From Promethearchaeum syntrophicum (lineage in GTDB: Archaea > Asgardarchaeota > Lokiarchaeia > Sigyniarchaeales > Promethearchaeaceae): a stretch of 32,000 nt of DNA. How positions within the stretch are numbered: position 1 is the stretch's first letter; every line of letters starts with the position of its first letter. Positions 1 through 10,082 of this stretch are shown in pieces. A program made the position numbers and the translations under genes. The notes under the pieces were generated by a model. That model was not told the origin of the DNA. It searched no databases and saw only the letters and a list, made by a program, of their open reading frames with translations. Location: positions 4,292,195 to 4,324,194 of the forward strand of contig NZ_CP042905.2 in the NCBI RefSeq assembly GCF_008000775.2. Reading direction: 5' to 3'.

Positions 1-17
1 ATTCAAAAAAAAATTAT

Positions 18-26
18 GGAGGAGGA
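18..26 (+). promoter_or_regulatory. Strong Shine-Dalgarno-like sequence (GGAGGAGGA) upstream of the ATG at 34
   Basis: ggaggagga located 7 nt before the ATG of the first ORF. Confidence 0.7.
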
Positions 27-33
27 ATTTTAA

Positions 34-3000
34 ATGGCATTAATCGATAATTTGATAATAATTCTCTATAGTGTTGTGGGATTAAGCACATTTTTATTTG
101 GATTCTCATTAGTTTTTAAAAATCTGAGAAAAATTAATCGAATCGAAAGAGAGAAATTTGATTTAGGTGATTGGCTTGCATCGATCGGTTTTGGTGTAAT
201 GTTTACTCTCGCAATTTTATTTGCATTAAATCTTTCAATAGAATCTTTTATTATAACAGAGGATCCACTCCCTTCAATTGCTGGATTTTTATTAGTAATT
301 ATGATCGGAATACTCCTTATCTATCCACTATGGGAAGTGATATTTTTAGGAAGGCCTACAGCAGATAGTGTTCACGATTTTCATAAATTTCTGGAATCGA
401 GAATATTAGATAGATTTAAGGGTAAAATGGCATATTTAGTTTCTTTCGGAATATTTATTGTGATTTACATAATTCCTGTTATTGTTTTCACTCTTCTATT
501 AGATTATTCTTTTATAGAAATCCTTTTTGTATGGTTCTTATTATTCCCTCTATTCTTTTTAAACTATTTTGCAGCAAATGGAATTGTATCTGCAATTTTA
601 CAGACAAGTTTTAGAAAAACCATCTCATCGGACATAATAGAAGCGAGTAATACTGGTAAAAATACGAAAAAGATGATCATAAATGTATTTGTTATGATGA
701 TAACTTGGCTTCCTTTTCTTCTCAATGCTTATAATATAGCTAATCCCATCATAAGGGCAATTAATGGGTATGAATTACTTGAAAAAGATCCAATTATGGG
801 TATAATTTCATTAGTTACAACCGTTCCTCTAGGAATTAAGGGTTTCTTCAACAAATTCTGGAATAAAAAATCAAAAACAAAGACAATTGATTTCTTATTC
901 AGTGGTTATATTTTTATTGCAATTGGAATTAACATGTTGATAAATTTCTTCCAAATCAATGAAGGATTAGTTGTTTCAGTTTTTAGCCAAGTAGGATTTC
1001 TCTCTTCACTTAGTGCAATTTTCTCAGATTATACCCTACTTGTTCCAATTATTGTGATTCAAAGTTTAATTACACTTGTTTATGGATTGATTATCTTTTT
1101 CCAAAAAAATTCAGATTTTCACTCTGATATTCGATTAAGGGCAACTTCAATCGCATTTGGAATTAAAGATCTTGATGATTTAATCAAAAAGGATGATCCG
1201 GGGGCAAAGAAAAAGAGGAAAGAAAAAGAAAGAAAGTATGATTATTTAACTTTATATAAATCTCTTTTACTTCCACCAGTTTTCTCAAAATATGGAGTCG
1301 ATCTTAACGAACAGGTTAGATTAAAAGCGCGACAGTATCTTCTCCTAATAAGTATTAATAGTACAGAACACGCTCAAAAAATTGTTGATTTTGTTTTTGA
1401 GACTTCAATCGATCCTAAATCTTCAGTGAAATTCAAATATTCCAAATACTCAGTAAAGGAAGCTATTAATTTGTTGGGGGATATCGGAAAGAAATATCCT
1501 GAATTTGTGATGACTCGAATGATTGAAGCACTACCCGAATCCGATATTCAGATTCAGAGGTATATTTTAGATGCCTTAGGAGATATAGGTGAAAAAAAGG
1601 AGAATTTAATTGTAATATTAGATGAAATAGAACCATTATTGGAAAGCACACGCTATGAATTAAGAACGGCTGCATTTCAAGCAATTTCAGAGATGGTTAT
1701 GGAAGGATCCAATGATGACAAGGAATTTATTCAGATAGCACTGAAGAAAGTTTACGAAATTTTATCTGAATGTTATAAAAATCCAGATATAATCGATACT
1801 GCAATGGAATCTTTAGTGCAAATGAGTGCAAGAATTGCGAATGATTTAGATATATCTAAAATAATTCCGTTCATTCATTATTCTGAAGGCAAAGATAAAG
1901 ACACCAATGATTATATTATACAAAATGCGATTATTGTTCTGGGTTATATGGTATATTATAATATTGATACGTTTCCGTTAGAAGATATTAAAAATTACCT
2001 TAAGGATAAAAGGAATTTTATTAGATATGTTGCATGTGATGCTATCGGCAATTTTATTTTAAAATGTCCTGATAACTTCAAAGAATCTCTATTAGTAAAT
2101 TTGATGATTATATCTCTTTATGATGATGACGATGATGTATGTGAGATGTGCACTGAGAGTATTACAGAATTTTTAGTTTTGAATAAAAATTATGAACCGA
2201 TAATTGATGGTCAGAAAATCTCTGTTTTAAATTATTATTTAAAGGCCCTATCGAGTTCAGAACGAAAAATTGCAGAAAAAGCTAGCGAAGCCTTAAAATC
2301 AATCAGTCCACTTTATGAGGAAAATATTTATCCCCAATTAGAAGAAATCATCAAAAAACAAGAAAACTTGGAATTAGTTAGGGATAGTTTACATGTAATT
2401 GCGCTATCTGGTATTGAGGAGCACCTTAGTGTTGATTTAAACTTGATATATGGATTAACTGAACATACTGATGCAAGTGTGCGTTCAGAAGCAGTCTATA
2501 CATTAGGGTTACTCTCAAAAAATAGGACTGATATAGATGAAAACTATATTATAAAACTAATCGATGATCCCGATCCCCAAGTAAGAAGTCAAACAATTTT
2601 TGCATTGGGAAAAATAGGTATAAATAAACCTGATAAAGTAATTCCGATATTGATTCAGGGATTCTTTGAAATCGATAGGCAATCAGATGATAAAATAAAC
2701 GAAGTTGAATTATTTGCTGAAAGTTTAGGATTAATTGGAGCTGAGCACCCATCAAATGAGATTATTGTTTCTCTTCAAAGTGGATTGATGGGGGACTCGA
2801 ACCCTTTCACTAAAGATGTTATGGCTCATGCATTAGGAGCAATTGGACACGGTATGATCCGCTCGGGAAATGCAACGCGGAGAATAGAAAATGAAGCATT
2901 TTACAATAGTGTTAGTTGGTTACGAAGTCAAAGCAAAAAAGAATATACTATCGGAAATCTAGTTATTATTTTCATTGAAGCATTGCAATTAAAATCCATT

Positions 3001-3564
3001 CCAAATTCAGTCATGGATGAAATATCAGATTCAGTTCAAGATCTTTTACCTGTCTTCTTATTTGTTGACGAAGATGAAAGAAAAAAGAACAGAATCTTAA
3101 CAACCATTAAAGAATTACTTGCTCAAGCATATTATAGTAATTACAATAATGAAATTCTCGAAAATATAGATAGAATAGATAGTTTAATAAGCTTTAAACG
3201 TAGTTTCGAGACAGACTTAACATCTCTTCAGGAACAGTTCATTTTCTTTAGTAAACAGTACACAAGTGACGGAAAACAGTTTTATGACCAAGGTAATGTC
3301 TTTTTGCAATTAGTTAAGAAAGAGGAACCTGAATTCTATGATTATGCTCTTCGTTCTTTTGAAGTCGCGATCGATTTAGCTCCATTTGAATTTTTTACAC
3401 CTAATTGTTTATTGCAAATGGCAATTATTTTGGAGCATAAAGGGGAACATTTGGAAGCGAAGAAGAAATATGAAGAAGCTTTAGAAATTTTCAGCAGTTT
3501 AGATGAAATTGAAAAAATGAAAGAATGTGAACAAGCACTTACTTCTATTCAGCAACATCTTTAA
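34..3564 (+). CDS. Large membrane protein: N-terminal TM segments, long HEAT-like repeat array, C-terminal TPR-like segment
   Basis: 1176-aa ORF with a strong SD. Several hydrophobic segments in the first ~390 aa. Repeated helical pairs such as 'YELRTAAFQAISEM', 'ASVRSEAVYTLGLLS' and 'PQVRSQTIFALGKIG' typify HEAT repeats. The C-terminus 'PNCLLQMAIILEHKGEHLEAKKKYEEALEIF' is TPR-like. Confidence 0.75.
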   Translation: MALIDNLIIILYSVVGLSTFLFGFSLVFKNLRKINRIEREKFDLGDWLASIGFGVMFTLAILFALNLSIESFIITEDPLPSIAGFLLVIMIGILLIYPLWEVIFLGRPTADSVHDFHKFLESRILDRFKGKMAYLVSFGIFIVIYIIPVIVFTLLLDYSFIEILFVWFLLFPLFFLNYFAANGIVSAILQTSFRKTISSDIIEASNTGKNTKKMIINVFVMMITWLPFLLNAYNIANPIIRAINGYELLEKDPIMGIISLVTTVPLGIKGFFNKFWNKKSKTKTIDFLFSGYIFIAIGINMLINFFQINEGLVVSVFSQVGFLSSLSAIFSDYTLLVPIIVIQSLITLVYGLIIFFQKNSDFHSDIRLRATSIAFGIKDLDDLIKKDDPGAKKKRKEKERKYDYLTLYKSLLLPPVFSKYGVDLNEQVRLKARQYLLLISINSTEHAQKIVDFVFETSIDPKSSVKFKYSKYSVKEAINLLGDIGKKYPEFVMTRMIEALPESDIQIQRYILDALGDIGEKKENLIVILDEIEPLLESTRYELRTAAFQAISEMVMEGSNDDKEFIQIALKKVYEILSECYKNPDIIDTAMESLVQMSARIANDLDISKIIPFIHYSEGKDKDTNDYIIQNAIIVLGYMVYYNIDTFPLEDIKNYLKDKRNFIRYVACDAIGNFILKCPDNFKESLLVNLMIISLYDDDDDVCEMCTESITEFLVLNKNYEPIIDGQKISVLNYYLKALSSSERKIAEKASEALKSISPLYEENIYPQLEEIIKKQENLELVRDSLHVIALSGIEEHLSVDLNLIYGLTEHTDASVRSEAVYTLGLLSKNRTDIDENYIIKLIDDPDPQVRSQTIFALGKIGINKPDKVIPILIQGFFEIDRQSDDKINEVELFAESLGLIGAEHPSNEIIVSLQSGLMGDSNPFTKDVMAHALGAIGHGMIRSGNATRRIENEAFYNSVSWLRSQSKKEYTIGNLVIIFIEALQLKSIPNSVMDEISDSVQDLLPVFLFVDEDERKKNRILTTIKELLAQAYYSNYNNEILENIDRIDSLISFKRSFETDLTSLQEQFIFFSKQYTSDGKQFYDQGNVFLQLVKKEEPEFYDYALRSFEVAIDLAPFEFFTPNCLLQMAIILEHKGEHLEAKKKYEEALEIFSSLDEIEKMKECEQALTSIQQHL

Positions 3565-3572
3565 GAATAGAA

Positions 3573-5129
3573 GTGTTTATTTTTTTTATGGAATTACCCA
3601 GATCTGCGGGTATATTATTGCACCCAACCAGCGTTTATACTCGTTATGGGATTGGTGATTTAGGTCCAGATACTTTTCAATTTATTGAATTTTTAAAAGC
3701 TAGTTCACAACATTTTATGCAAGTATTACCAATTGGACCAACTGGCTATGCAGACTCTCCTTATCAAACCATATCAGCATTTGCGGGAAATCCTCTTTTA
3801 ATTAGTCCAGATGGATTAATTCAAATGGAACTTATCACCTTGGAAGAAGTGGATCAATGCCTAAAGGAAATTAAAATACATGATGAACCTTCTAAGAATT
3901 TAAAAGTGAATTATCAAAATGTAATTGATCTTAAAGAGAAAATCTTAAAAATTGCTTTTAAAACATTTTTACAAAAGCAATTTCAACAGAATTCAAAATT
4001 AAATGATTCTTTTGTTAAATTTTGCGAAGAACAAGCATATTGGTTGGATGATTTTGTACTTTTTTATTCTCTTAAGGTAGCAAATAATTTACAATCGTGG
4101 ATAACCTGGCCAAAAAATTTTGCCTTGAGGCACAAAAATGCTTTAAAAGTATGGATTGCAGGTCATTCGAGAGAATTAAAACTATATAAATTTATACAAT
4201 GGATATTTTCAATCCAATGGACTAATTTACGAGATTTTGCTCATAAAAATAATGTTGAAATTATTGGTGACATGCCAATATTTGTTGCCCATGATTCTGT
4301 TGATGTTTGGGCAAATTCTGATTTATTCACATTAAATCCAGATGGAACTTTAGAATATCAAGCAGGAGTCCCCCCGGATTATTTTTCAAAAACAGGTCAG
4401 TTATGGGGCAATCCGTTATATAAATGGGAGATTCTACAAGAGAGAAATTTCAAATGGTTTATTCAAAGATTTAAAAGACAAATAGAATTATTTGATTGGA
4501 TACGCGTTGACCATTTTCGCGGTTTTCAAGCATTTTGGAGAATTTCTGGAACCGCCAAGGATGCAATTGATGGAAAATGGATAAAAGCTCCTGGGGAAGA
4601 TTTATTTATTGAGGTCCAAAAACAGCTTGGTATCCTGCCAATAATTGCTGAAGATTTAGGAGTAATAACATCTGAAGTAGAAGCATTACGAGATAAATTT
4701 AACTTTCCCGGAATGAAAATACTCCAATTTGCCTTTGGGAGTGATGAAGAAAATCCATATTTACCACATAACTTTGTTCATAATTGTATATCGTACACAG
4801 GAACTCATGATAACAATACTACATTAGGGTGGTGGCAAAATGATGCAACTAAAACTGAAAAGAAGAATTTAAGAGAATATTTAAACACGAAATCAGAGAA
4901 TAAAAGTGTAGTAGATGATTTAATTAGGATTCTTTATCGATCAATTGCAAAAGTGGCAATAATTCCAATCCAAGATCTTTTAGGCCAAGGCGAAGAAGCT
5001 AGAATGAATACTCCAAGTGTTGAAGGTGGAAATTGGCAATATCAAGTAAAAATTGATAATGATGTTAAAAATCGCGCAAAATTTCTGAAGAAAATAACAA
5101 AACTATACGGAAGAAAAGTGATTATATAA
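3573..5129 (+). CDS. malQ: 4-alpha-glucanotransferase (GH77, MalQ-like)
   Basis: Family motifs 'RSAGILLHPTSVYTRYGIGDLG', 'QVLPIGPTGYADSPYQTISAFAGNPLLISPD', 'IRVDHFRGF', 'IIAEDLGVITSEV', 'YTGTHDNNTTLGWW'. The start may be the internal ATG at 3588. Confidence 0.93.
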   Translation: MFIFFMELPRSAGILLHPTSVYTRYGIGDLGPDTFQFIEFLKASSQHFMQVLPIGPTGYADSPYQTISAFAGNPLLISPDGLIQMELITLEEVDQCLKEIKIHDEPSKNLKVNYQNVIDLKEKILKIAFKTFLQKQFQQNSKLNDSFVKFCEEQAYWLDDFVLFYSLKVANNLQSWITWPKNFALRHKNALKVWIAGHSRELKLYKFIQWIFSIQWTNLRDFAHKNNVEIIGDMPIFVAHDSVDVWANSDLFTLNPDGTLEYQAGVPPDYFSKTGQLWGNPLYKWEILQERNFKWFIQRFKRQIELFDWIRVDHFRGFQAFWRISGTAKDAIDGKWIKAPGEDLFIEVQKQLGILPIIAEDLGVITSEVEALRDKFNFPGMKILQFAFGSDEENPYLPHNFVHNCISYTGTHDNNTTLGWWQNDATKTEKKNLREYLNTKSENKSVVDDLIRILYRSIAKVAIIPIQDLLGQGEEARMNTPSVEGGNWQYQVKIDNDVKNRAKFLKKITKLYGRKVII

Positions 5130-5229
5130 AATCTCTTCCCCCTAAGACATTAATTCAGTTATACTCCATTTTTTATTTACCATATTTTTAAATATATCAA
5201 TTAAATAAAGAGGATAGGAGAAGGAGTAT

Positions 5230-6495
5230 TTGAACGATCAAGACCCGAAATTGCGGACAAAAATCAATTCTGAGCAAAATATATCAAATAAAGAAGAATT
5301 TCCTTCAGAATTAAGACAAGAAAAAGTGAACCATTTTTCCGCTTCTATAGATAATTCTAATCAAGAATTCTCAAGAAATTTTATTGTTCCTTTAAACGGT
5401 AAAGATAATCAAATAAAAAATGTTCAAGATTTCTTTTCACAATATGGAGAAATCAAAAATCTATTACAATTTAATTTAGATAAAATAGAAAAGCACAATG
5501 AAAGAAATGGTGAAAAATTGGAAATTTATGATAACTTAGGGAAAATATCAGGAAAAATTCTTATAAAAACACCGAGAAATCATGAAATTCAATTATTTCT
5601 TCAACAATTCTCATCTACAAATTATTGTAAATTATATAAAATTAATATATATAGACTTCTTGAGAAAATTAATAGAAATATTATTTCTTTGAAAGAAGAA
5701 TTGATTAGATTTTTTATATTAAAAGATTTTCCTGAACCTTTTATTATTTTATTTCCTCTGGATGAGCTAGAATATTTCTCTCAAGAAGAAATCGTTCTCT
5801 TGTATTCAATATTTAAAATCACAGATAATTTTGCACCGATTTCATTAGGGGGATTATTTTTATTCGTCTCTTCACTAAAGCAAAATTTGCCACATGAGTT
5901 TAACAATTTCTTTGATTTAGAAGTTAATGTAAAAATACCAGATATACAGAGCAAAAAGCGCTTAATAGAATCAATTTTAAAGAATATTCCGAATAATAAT
6001 GTTGATATCGATCATTTTTCATTACAAGTAAAGGATTGGAATGTAGCATCAATTAGAAAATTCATTATTTTTGCTTATAGATACTTTCAAATTAATCAAA
6101 AAGATGATTTAACAAGTAAAATGAAGTTTAATACCAAATTTCTTAGCGATTTAATTGAAAATAATTCAATAAATTTCAGAAACGATATTTCTTTAGATAA
6201 AAAAAACGCAATACAGATTAATAATACAATAAATTCTCAACCTAAATTATTAGATTCAGGTAAAAAATTAAACCAAAACTTAGAAAACCAATTATATCAA
6301 GAATCTGCTTCAAAAAATTATGAGGATTTATGCATAATATTAGATAAAATTCAAAAAGGGATTGTTCTTTTGCCATTTGAAAGGCAAACACTAGCAGATA
6401 ATTCCTTTATTCTAAAAGAAGACCCACAAAAAGCCTTGCAAAAACTAAATAAAGCAAAATCTACCGTTGATAAGTTTAAAAAGATTATTTCTTAA
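5230..6495 (+). CDS. Degenerate AAA+ ATPase-like protein (FtsH/Cdc48-type fold without a Walker A motif)
   Basis: TTG start with upstream ggag. The segment 'GKILIKTPRNHEIQLFLQQFSS' sits where '[20 protein letters not shown]' would be. 'EPFIILFPLDELEYF' resembles a Walker B region, 'LFLFVSSLKQNLPHEFNNFFDLEVNVKIPDIQSKKRLIESILKNIP' resembles the sensor-1/arginine-finger/second-region area, and 'DWNVASIRKFIIFAYRYF' resembles the C-terminal lid ('GADIENLCNEAA'). Alignment by eye only. Confidence 0.5.
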   Translation: MNDQDPKLRTKINSEQNISNKEEFPSELRQEKVNHFSASIDNSNQEFSRNFIVPLNGKDNQIKNVQDFFSQYGEIKNLLQFNLDKIEKHNERNGEKLEIYDNLGKISGKILIKTPRNHEIQLFLQQFSSTNYCKLYKINIYRLLEKINRNIISLKEELIRFFILKDFPEPFIILFPLDELEYFSQEEIVLLYSIFKITDNFAPISLGGLFLFVSSLKQNLPHEFNNFFDLEVNVKIPDIQSKKRLIESILKNIPNNNVDIDHFSLQVKDWNVASIRKFIIFAYRYFQINQKDDLTSKMKFNTKFLSDLIENNSINFRNDISLDKKNAIQINNTINSQPKLLDSGKKLNQNLENQLYQESASKNYEDLCIILDKIQKGIVLLPFERQTLADNSFILKEDPQKALQKLNKAKSTVDKFKKIIS

Positions 6496-6520
6496 ATTAT
6501 TAATTTAACACAATTTTAAA

Positions 6521-9500
6521 GTGAATACTATGACCGAAATGAAAGGATTGGCAGAAAACATTGAAAAAACTAAATCAATGGAGTTATCCCCAATTCTAGA
6601 TGAGAAAAAAGAGGTCATAAAAGATTTTAAAAATAAGATCAAATTAGAAAAAATTATTTTAGAAGACTTCATCTCATTCGATTATAATGAAGTAATATTT
6701 CATCCTGAATTTACAATCATTACTGGTCCTAATGGTGTTGGCAAATCTTCAATATATCATGCTCTTAAATTTGTACTAGGTTCTAATGATTATGATGGAC
6801 GATATAATAAATGGTCTAATTTTATTAGAACAGGACAAAAATATGCAATTGTAACTCTTTACTTGCAATTCTCTGGAAAAAAATATTGTCTTAAAAGAAC
6901 CGTTTTTAAGGATAAAGCCCCAAAATTTTCTTTTCAAGGTCCAGATGAAAAAGAATTTCACGATGTTTCAGCAAAAAAGATTCAAGAATTTGTAGATAAA
7001 ATTGGTATTGATCCTGACCATGTGTTCTCATTTATGTCTCAAGGTAAAATTGGATCTCTTAAAAATTTTAAAGATGAAGCCTTGTGCACATTTGTGGAAA
7101 AAGGATTAGGACTTAATATTCTTAGAGAAAATATATTAAGTCAAAAAGAACGAATAATTTATTTAAAAAAGGAATTTTCTGTGTTAATTTCACAACGAGA
7201 CAGTATGAAATATCAACTAGTTGAATTAGAACCTAAATTAAAACGTTTAGAGAAAAAAAGATCTTTGCTAAGTAAATTAGAAGGGTTAGATAATGAGCTA
7301 TTATGGGCACAAAAAGAAGATATTATAAAACAAATTGATGTATATCGCGATCAGATTCATTTTAAAGAAAATTCAATTAAAGATCTTGAATTAAATATCA
7401 GTACTCTTCAAGAAGAAGAAAACTCCATTGAAGAGAATTTGAAACAAGAAAAAGACGAATACAAGATTACAATTGATATTTTTGCACAAAAAAAAGCGCA
7501 TCTTGAAATTTTAAAAAAAGAAATTAATAAATGGACCTCTGAAAAGAATCAAATTGCTGATAAAATCGAGAAAATATCTAAAGATATAGATAAATTACAG
7601 TTAGATATTAATAAACAAGGTTTTGAGCTTAAATCTTATCAAAAGAGCATGGATGATTTGAAAACCTTAACTGGAGAAGCAAAACTTTTATTAAAATCAT
7701 ATGAAGATGAGGAACGCTCTTTAAATAAAAAATTCATTAAATATCGGGAAATATTGTTTGAATTTGATTCAAAAACACAAATAGTTTCAAATTTAGAAGA
7801 CAATTTGAAAGAAATAGAAGAAAGTCATAACAAAAAGGAATCAGAAATCAATGAAAAAGCCAAGGAAATTCAAAAAATCGACCATGAATTGAAGGATTTC
7901 AAATGGTTTATGGAAAATCCAAAAAAAGATTTACAAATTAAAATGAAAGCTTTAGTAGAAAAATATCAAAAATCAATAAATATCTTCAATGACGATTTAG
8001 TACAATTACAAATTCAATATAAAACATTAACAAGTGAGATAGAACGCGTTAAACAATCTGTTCATGATAAAAGCATGCCTAAACCAAAATCCATAATATC
8101 CATGATGGATGAAATTAAACAGAGGAACATGCAAAGTATTGGTCCGTTGATTGATTATATAACTTTTGATCCTTTATATCAAATGGCGGTTGAATCAATC
8201 TTTGGTTCAAGAGTCTTATATAGTTTCATTGCTAAAAATCATGAAGAATTTGCCCTACTTAAAAATATGGCTCAAAGATATAATGCAAGATGTAATCTAT
8301 ATTTAGAAAAACAAAAAAACCTAACTCCTTTACCTTCATTGAATGATTCTCAAGAAATGGGAGTATTTGGGTATTTAGCAGAAATAATAAAACCTACAAT
8401 CCCGGAACCTGCAATTCAAAAAGTTATTCATTCCGTAGCAAGTATAACACTTGTTGTTAAGGATCATATTGCTGGAACTAACTACACTCAAAAATTTAAA
8501 TCCAGAAATTGGATTGTAACCTTAGATGGAGAACAATTAAGACCGAAAAAATTTGTTTTAGAAGCGCGTCCTTATATTTCAAATAATAAACAAAAAATTA
8601 CAAGTGTCTCTCAGGCAAAAATAATATTAAATGAATTAAACGAAAAATCTGAAAGAAATCGTCATAATTATAATAAGCGAAGTTCAGATCTACAAAACCT
8701 TAAAGAAAAACATAAGAAAGTATTGAAAGATTTAGCACAAATTGATGTCCTATTAGTAAAATATAAACAAAAGGAAATAACTACTAAGGTTAAAAACGCT
8801 CTAATAAATGAGAGAGAGAAAAATTATACTAAAATTCAAGAAAAAAAGAAAAAGATTGAAGTTATTAAAAAAGAGATCGAAATTTTGAAAGAAAAATTAC
8901 CCGATGATTCAATATTAAATCATGATCGACTAACTCAACTACCAAATTTAATAGTTACTCAAAAAAATAAGATAACAGAATATGAATCTAAAAAAGACAT
9001 TAATATTCAGCAAATAAATGATATAAAAATTAAGGAAAATCTTCTTTCAAATGAAATAAATGCAAAAACAAAAGAAAAACAAGAGATAATTTCGGATTTA
9101 ACTTCTCAAGATAAACATTATTATGATCTCATTCAAGAAAATATCAAATTAACAGGTCAAATTAAAAACATTAAAAATGAAATTGAAGAGAGCAACACAA
9201 AAATCACTTCCTTAGAATTGGAAGAAAAAAAGATTTCTGAAGAAAAAAATCAACTGTTAATTCGGAAGGCCACGTTGAAAAATTCGATCGATGATATTAA
9301 ATCCTACATTGAAGAGAAAGAGAAGAAAATTGAAAGAATTAGCAATATTTTAAAGGAGATCAAAGAAAAAGTTTACCCAAAGCGTCCAATCATCGAAATT
9401 CAAAATGATATCGAAGAAATAAATAAAATCTTGAGATCTTATTTCGATGTAGATGAAAATATCATATTAGAAAAACAACGAATTGAGGATTCAATAAAAA

Positions 9501-10072
9501 AAATATTAGAAAAGCAAGAAACATCAGATAAAGAGATAAAAGCAGCAAAAGAAGCAGAATTAAAAATTGAACAAAACTATCTTAACAAATTCGAAAAATC
9601 TGTAGATATTTTAGAAGATCTCGTAAATAAAAAATTAAAATTTACCCAAACTGATTTTAATGTGAATTTAAATTTAGAAGGGGAAATTGAAGAATTTAAA
9701 TTAACAATTAAAGCCGTTTCAACAAAAAATCAAAAAAATGTTCGTCCTTTTACAGCTTTGAGTGGTGGGGAACAATCTATGGTTGGAATTAGTCTAATGT
9801 TATCATTGCACTATTTTAATCCTTCTCCTTTCAATATCTACGATGAAATTGAAATGTTTTTGGACAACCTAAACGCAGAAATCATCGCAAAATTAATCTT
9901 CGAAATTACAACAAGTGGAATTCAATGCATTTTAATAATGCCAGATTCTTCCATTTCAATATTATATTATGCAAATAAAGTCATTGGGATTAGTAAAAAT
10001 GGAACCAATGGTTCATCAACTGTGCATTATGCCAAGGCGCGAAAAAATTCTAATTTCCAAACTCTTAATTAG
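6521..10072 (+). CDS. smc: SMC-family ATPase
   Basis: Walker A 'ITGPNGVGKSSIYHALKFVLG', long heptad coiled coils flanking a hinge-like region (~'QSIGPLIDYITFDPLYQMAVESIFGSRVLYSFIAK'), C-motif 'FTALSGGEQSM', Walker B 'PFNIYDEIEMFLDNLNAE'. GTG start at 6521, or ATG at 6530. Confidence 0.9.
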   Translation: MNTMTEMKGLAENIEKTKSMELSPILDEKKEVIKDFKNKIKLEKIILEDFISFDYNEVIFHPEFTIITGPNGVGKSSIYHALKFVLGSNDYDGRYNKWSNFIRTGQKYAIVTLYLQFSGKKYCLKRTVFKDKAPKFSFQGPDEKEFHDVSAKKIQEFVDKIGIDPDHVFSFMSQGKIGSLKNFKDEALCTFVEKGLGLNILRENILSQKERIIYLKKEFSVLISQRDSMKYQLVELEPKLKRLEKKRSLLSKLEGLDNELLWAQKEDIIKQIDVYRDQIHFKENSIKDLELNISTLQEEENSIEENLKQEKDEYKITIDIFAQKKAHLEILKKEINKWTSEKNQIADKIEKISKDIDKLQLDINKQGFELKSYQKSMDDLKTLTGEAKLLLKSYEDEERSLNKKFIKYREILFEFDSKTQIVSNLEDNLKEIEESHNKKESEINEKAKEIQKIDHELKDFKWFMENPKKDLQIKMKALVEKYQKSINIFNDDLVQLQIQYKTLTSEIERVKQSVHDKSMPKPKSIISMMDEIKQRNMQSIGPLIDYITFDPLYQMAVESIFGSRVLYSFIAKNHEEFALLKNMAQRYNARCNLYLEKQKNLTPLPSLNDSQEMGVFGYLAEIIKPTIPEPAIQKVIHSVASITLVVKDHIAGTNYTQKFKSRNWIVTLDGEQLRPKKFVLEARPYISNNKQKITSVSQAKIILNELNEKSERNRHNYNKRSSDLQNLKEKHKKVLKDLAQIDVLLVKYKQKEITTKVKNALINEREKNYTKIQEKKKKIEVIKKEIEILKEKLPDDSILNHDRLTQLPNLIVTQKNKITEYESKKDINIQQINDIKIKENLLSNEINAKTKEKQEIISDLTSQDKHYYDLIQENIKLTGQIKNIKNEIEESNTKITSLELEEKKISEEKNQLLIRKATLKNSIDDIKSYIEEKEKKIERISNILKEIKEKVYPKRPIIEIQNDIEEINKILRSYFDVDENIILEKQRIEDSIKKILEKQETSDKEIKAAKEAELKIEQNYLNKFEKSVDILEDLVNKKLKFTQTDFNVNLNLEGEIEEFKLTIKAVSTKNQKNVRPFTALSGGEQSMVGISLMLSLHYFNPSPFNIYDEIEMFLDNLNAEIIAKLIFEITTSGIQCILIMPDSSISILYYANKVIGISKNGTNGSSTVHYAKARKNSNFQTLN

Positions 10073-10082
10073 GAGGATTTAA

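Noticed and set aside
171-368. Short alternative-frame ORF inside the HEAT protein gene
   Set aside because: Fully nested in a convincing 1176-aa ORF. Composition looks non-coding and it has no motif.
2549-2755. Antisense ORF of 68 aa within the HEAT-protein gene
   Set aside because: Nested antisense with no SD or domain. Chance ORF in AT-rich DNA.
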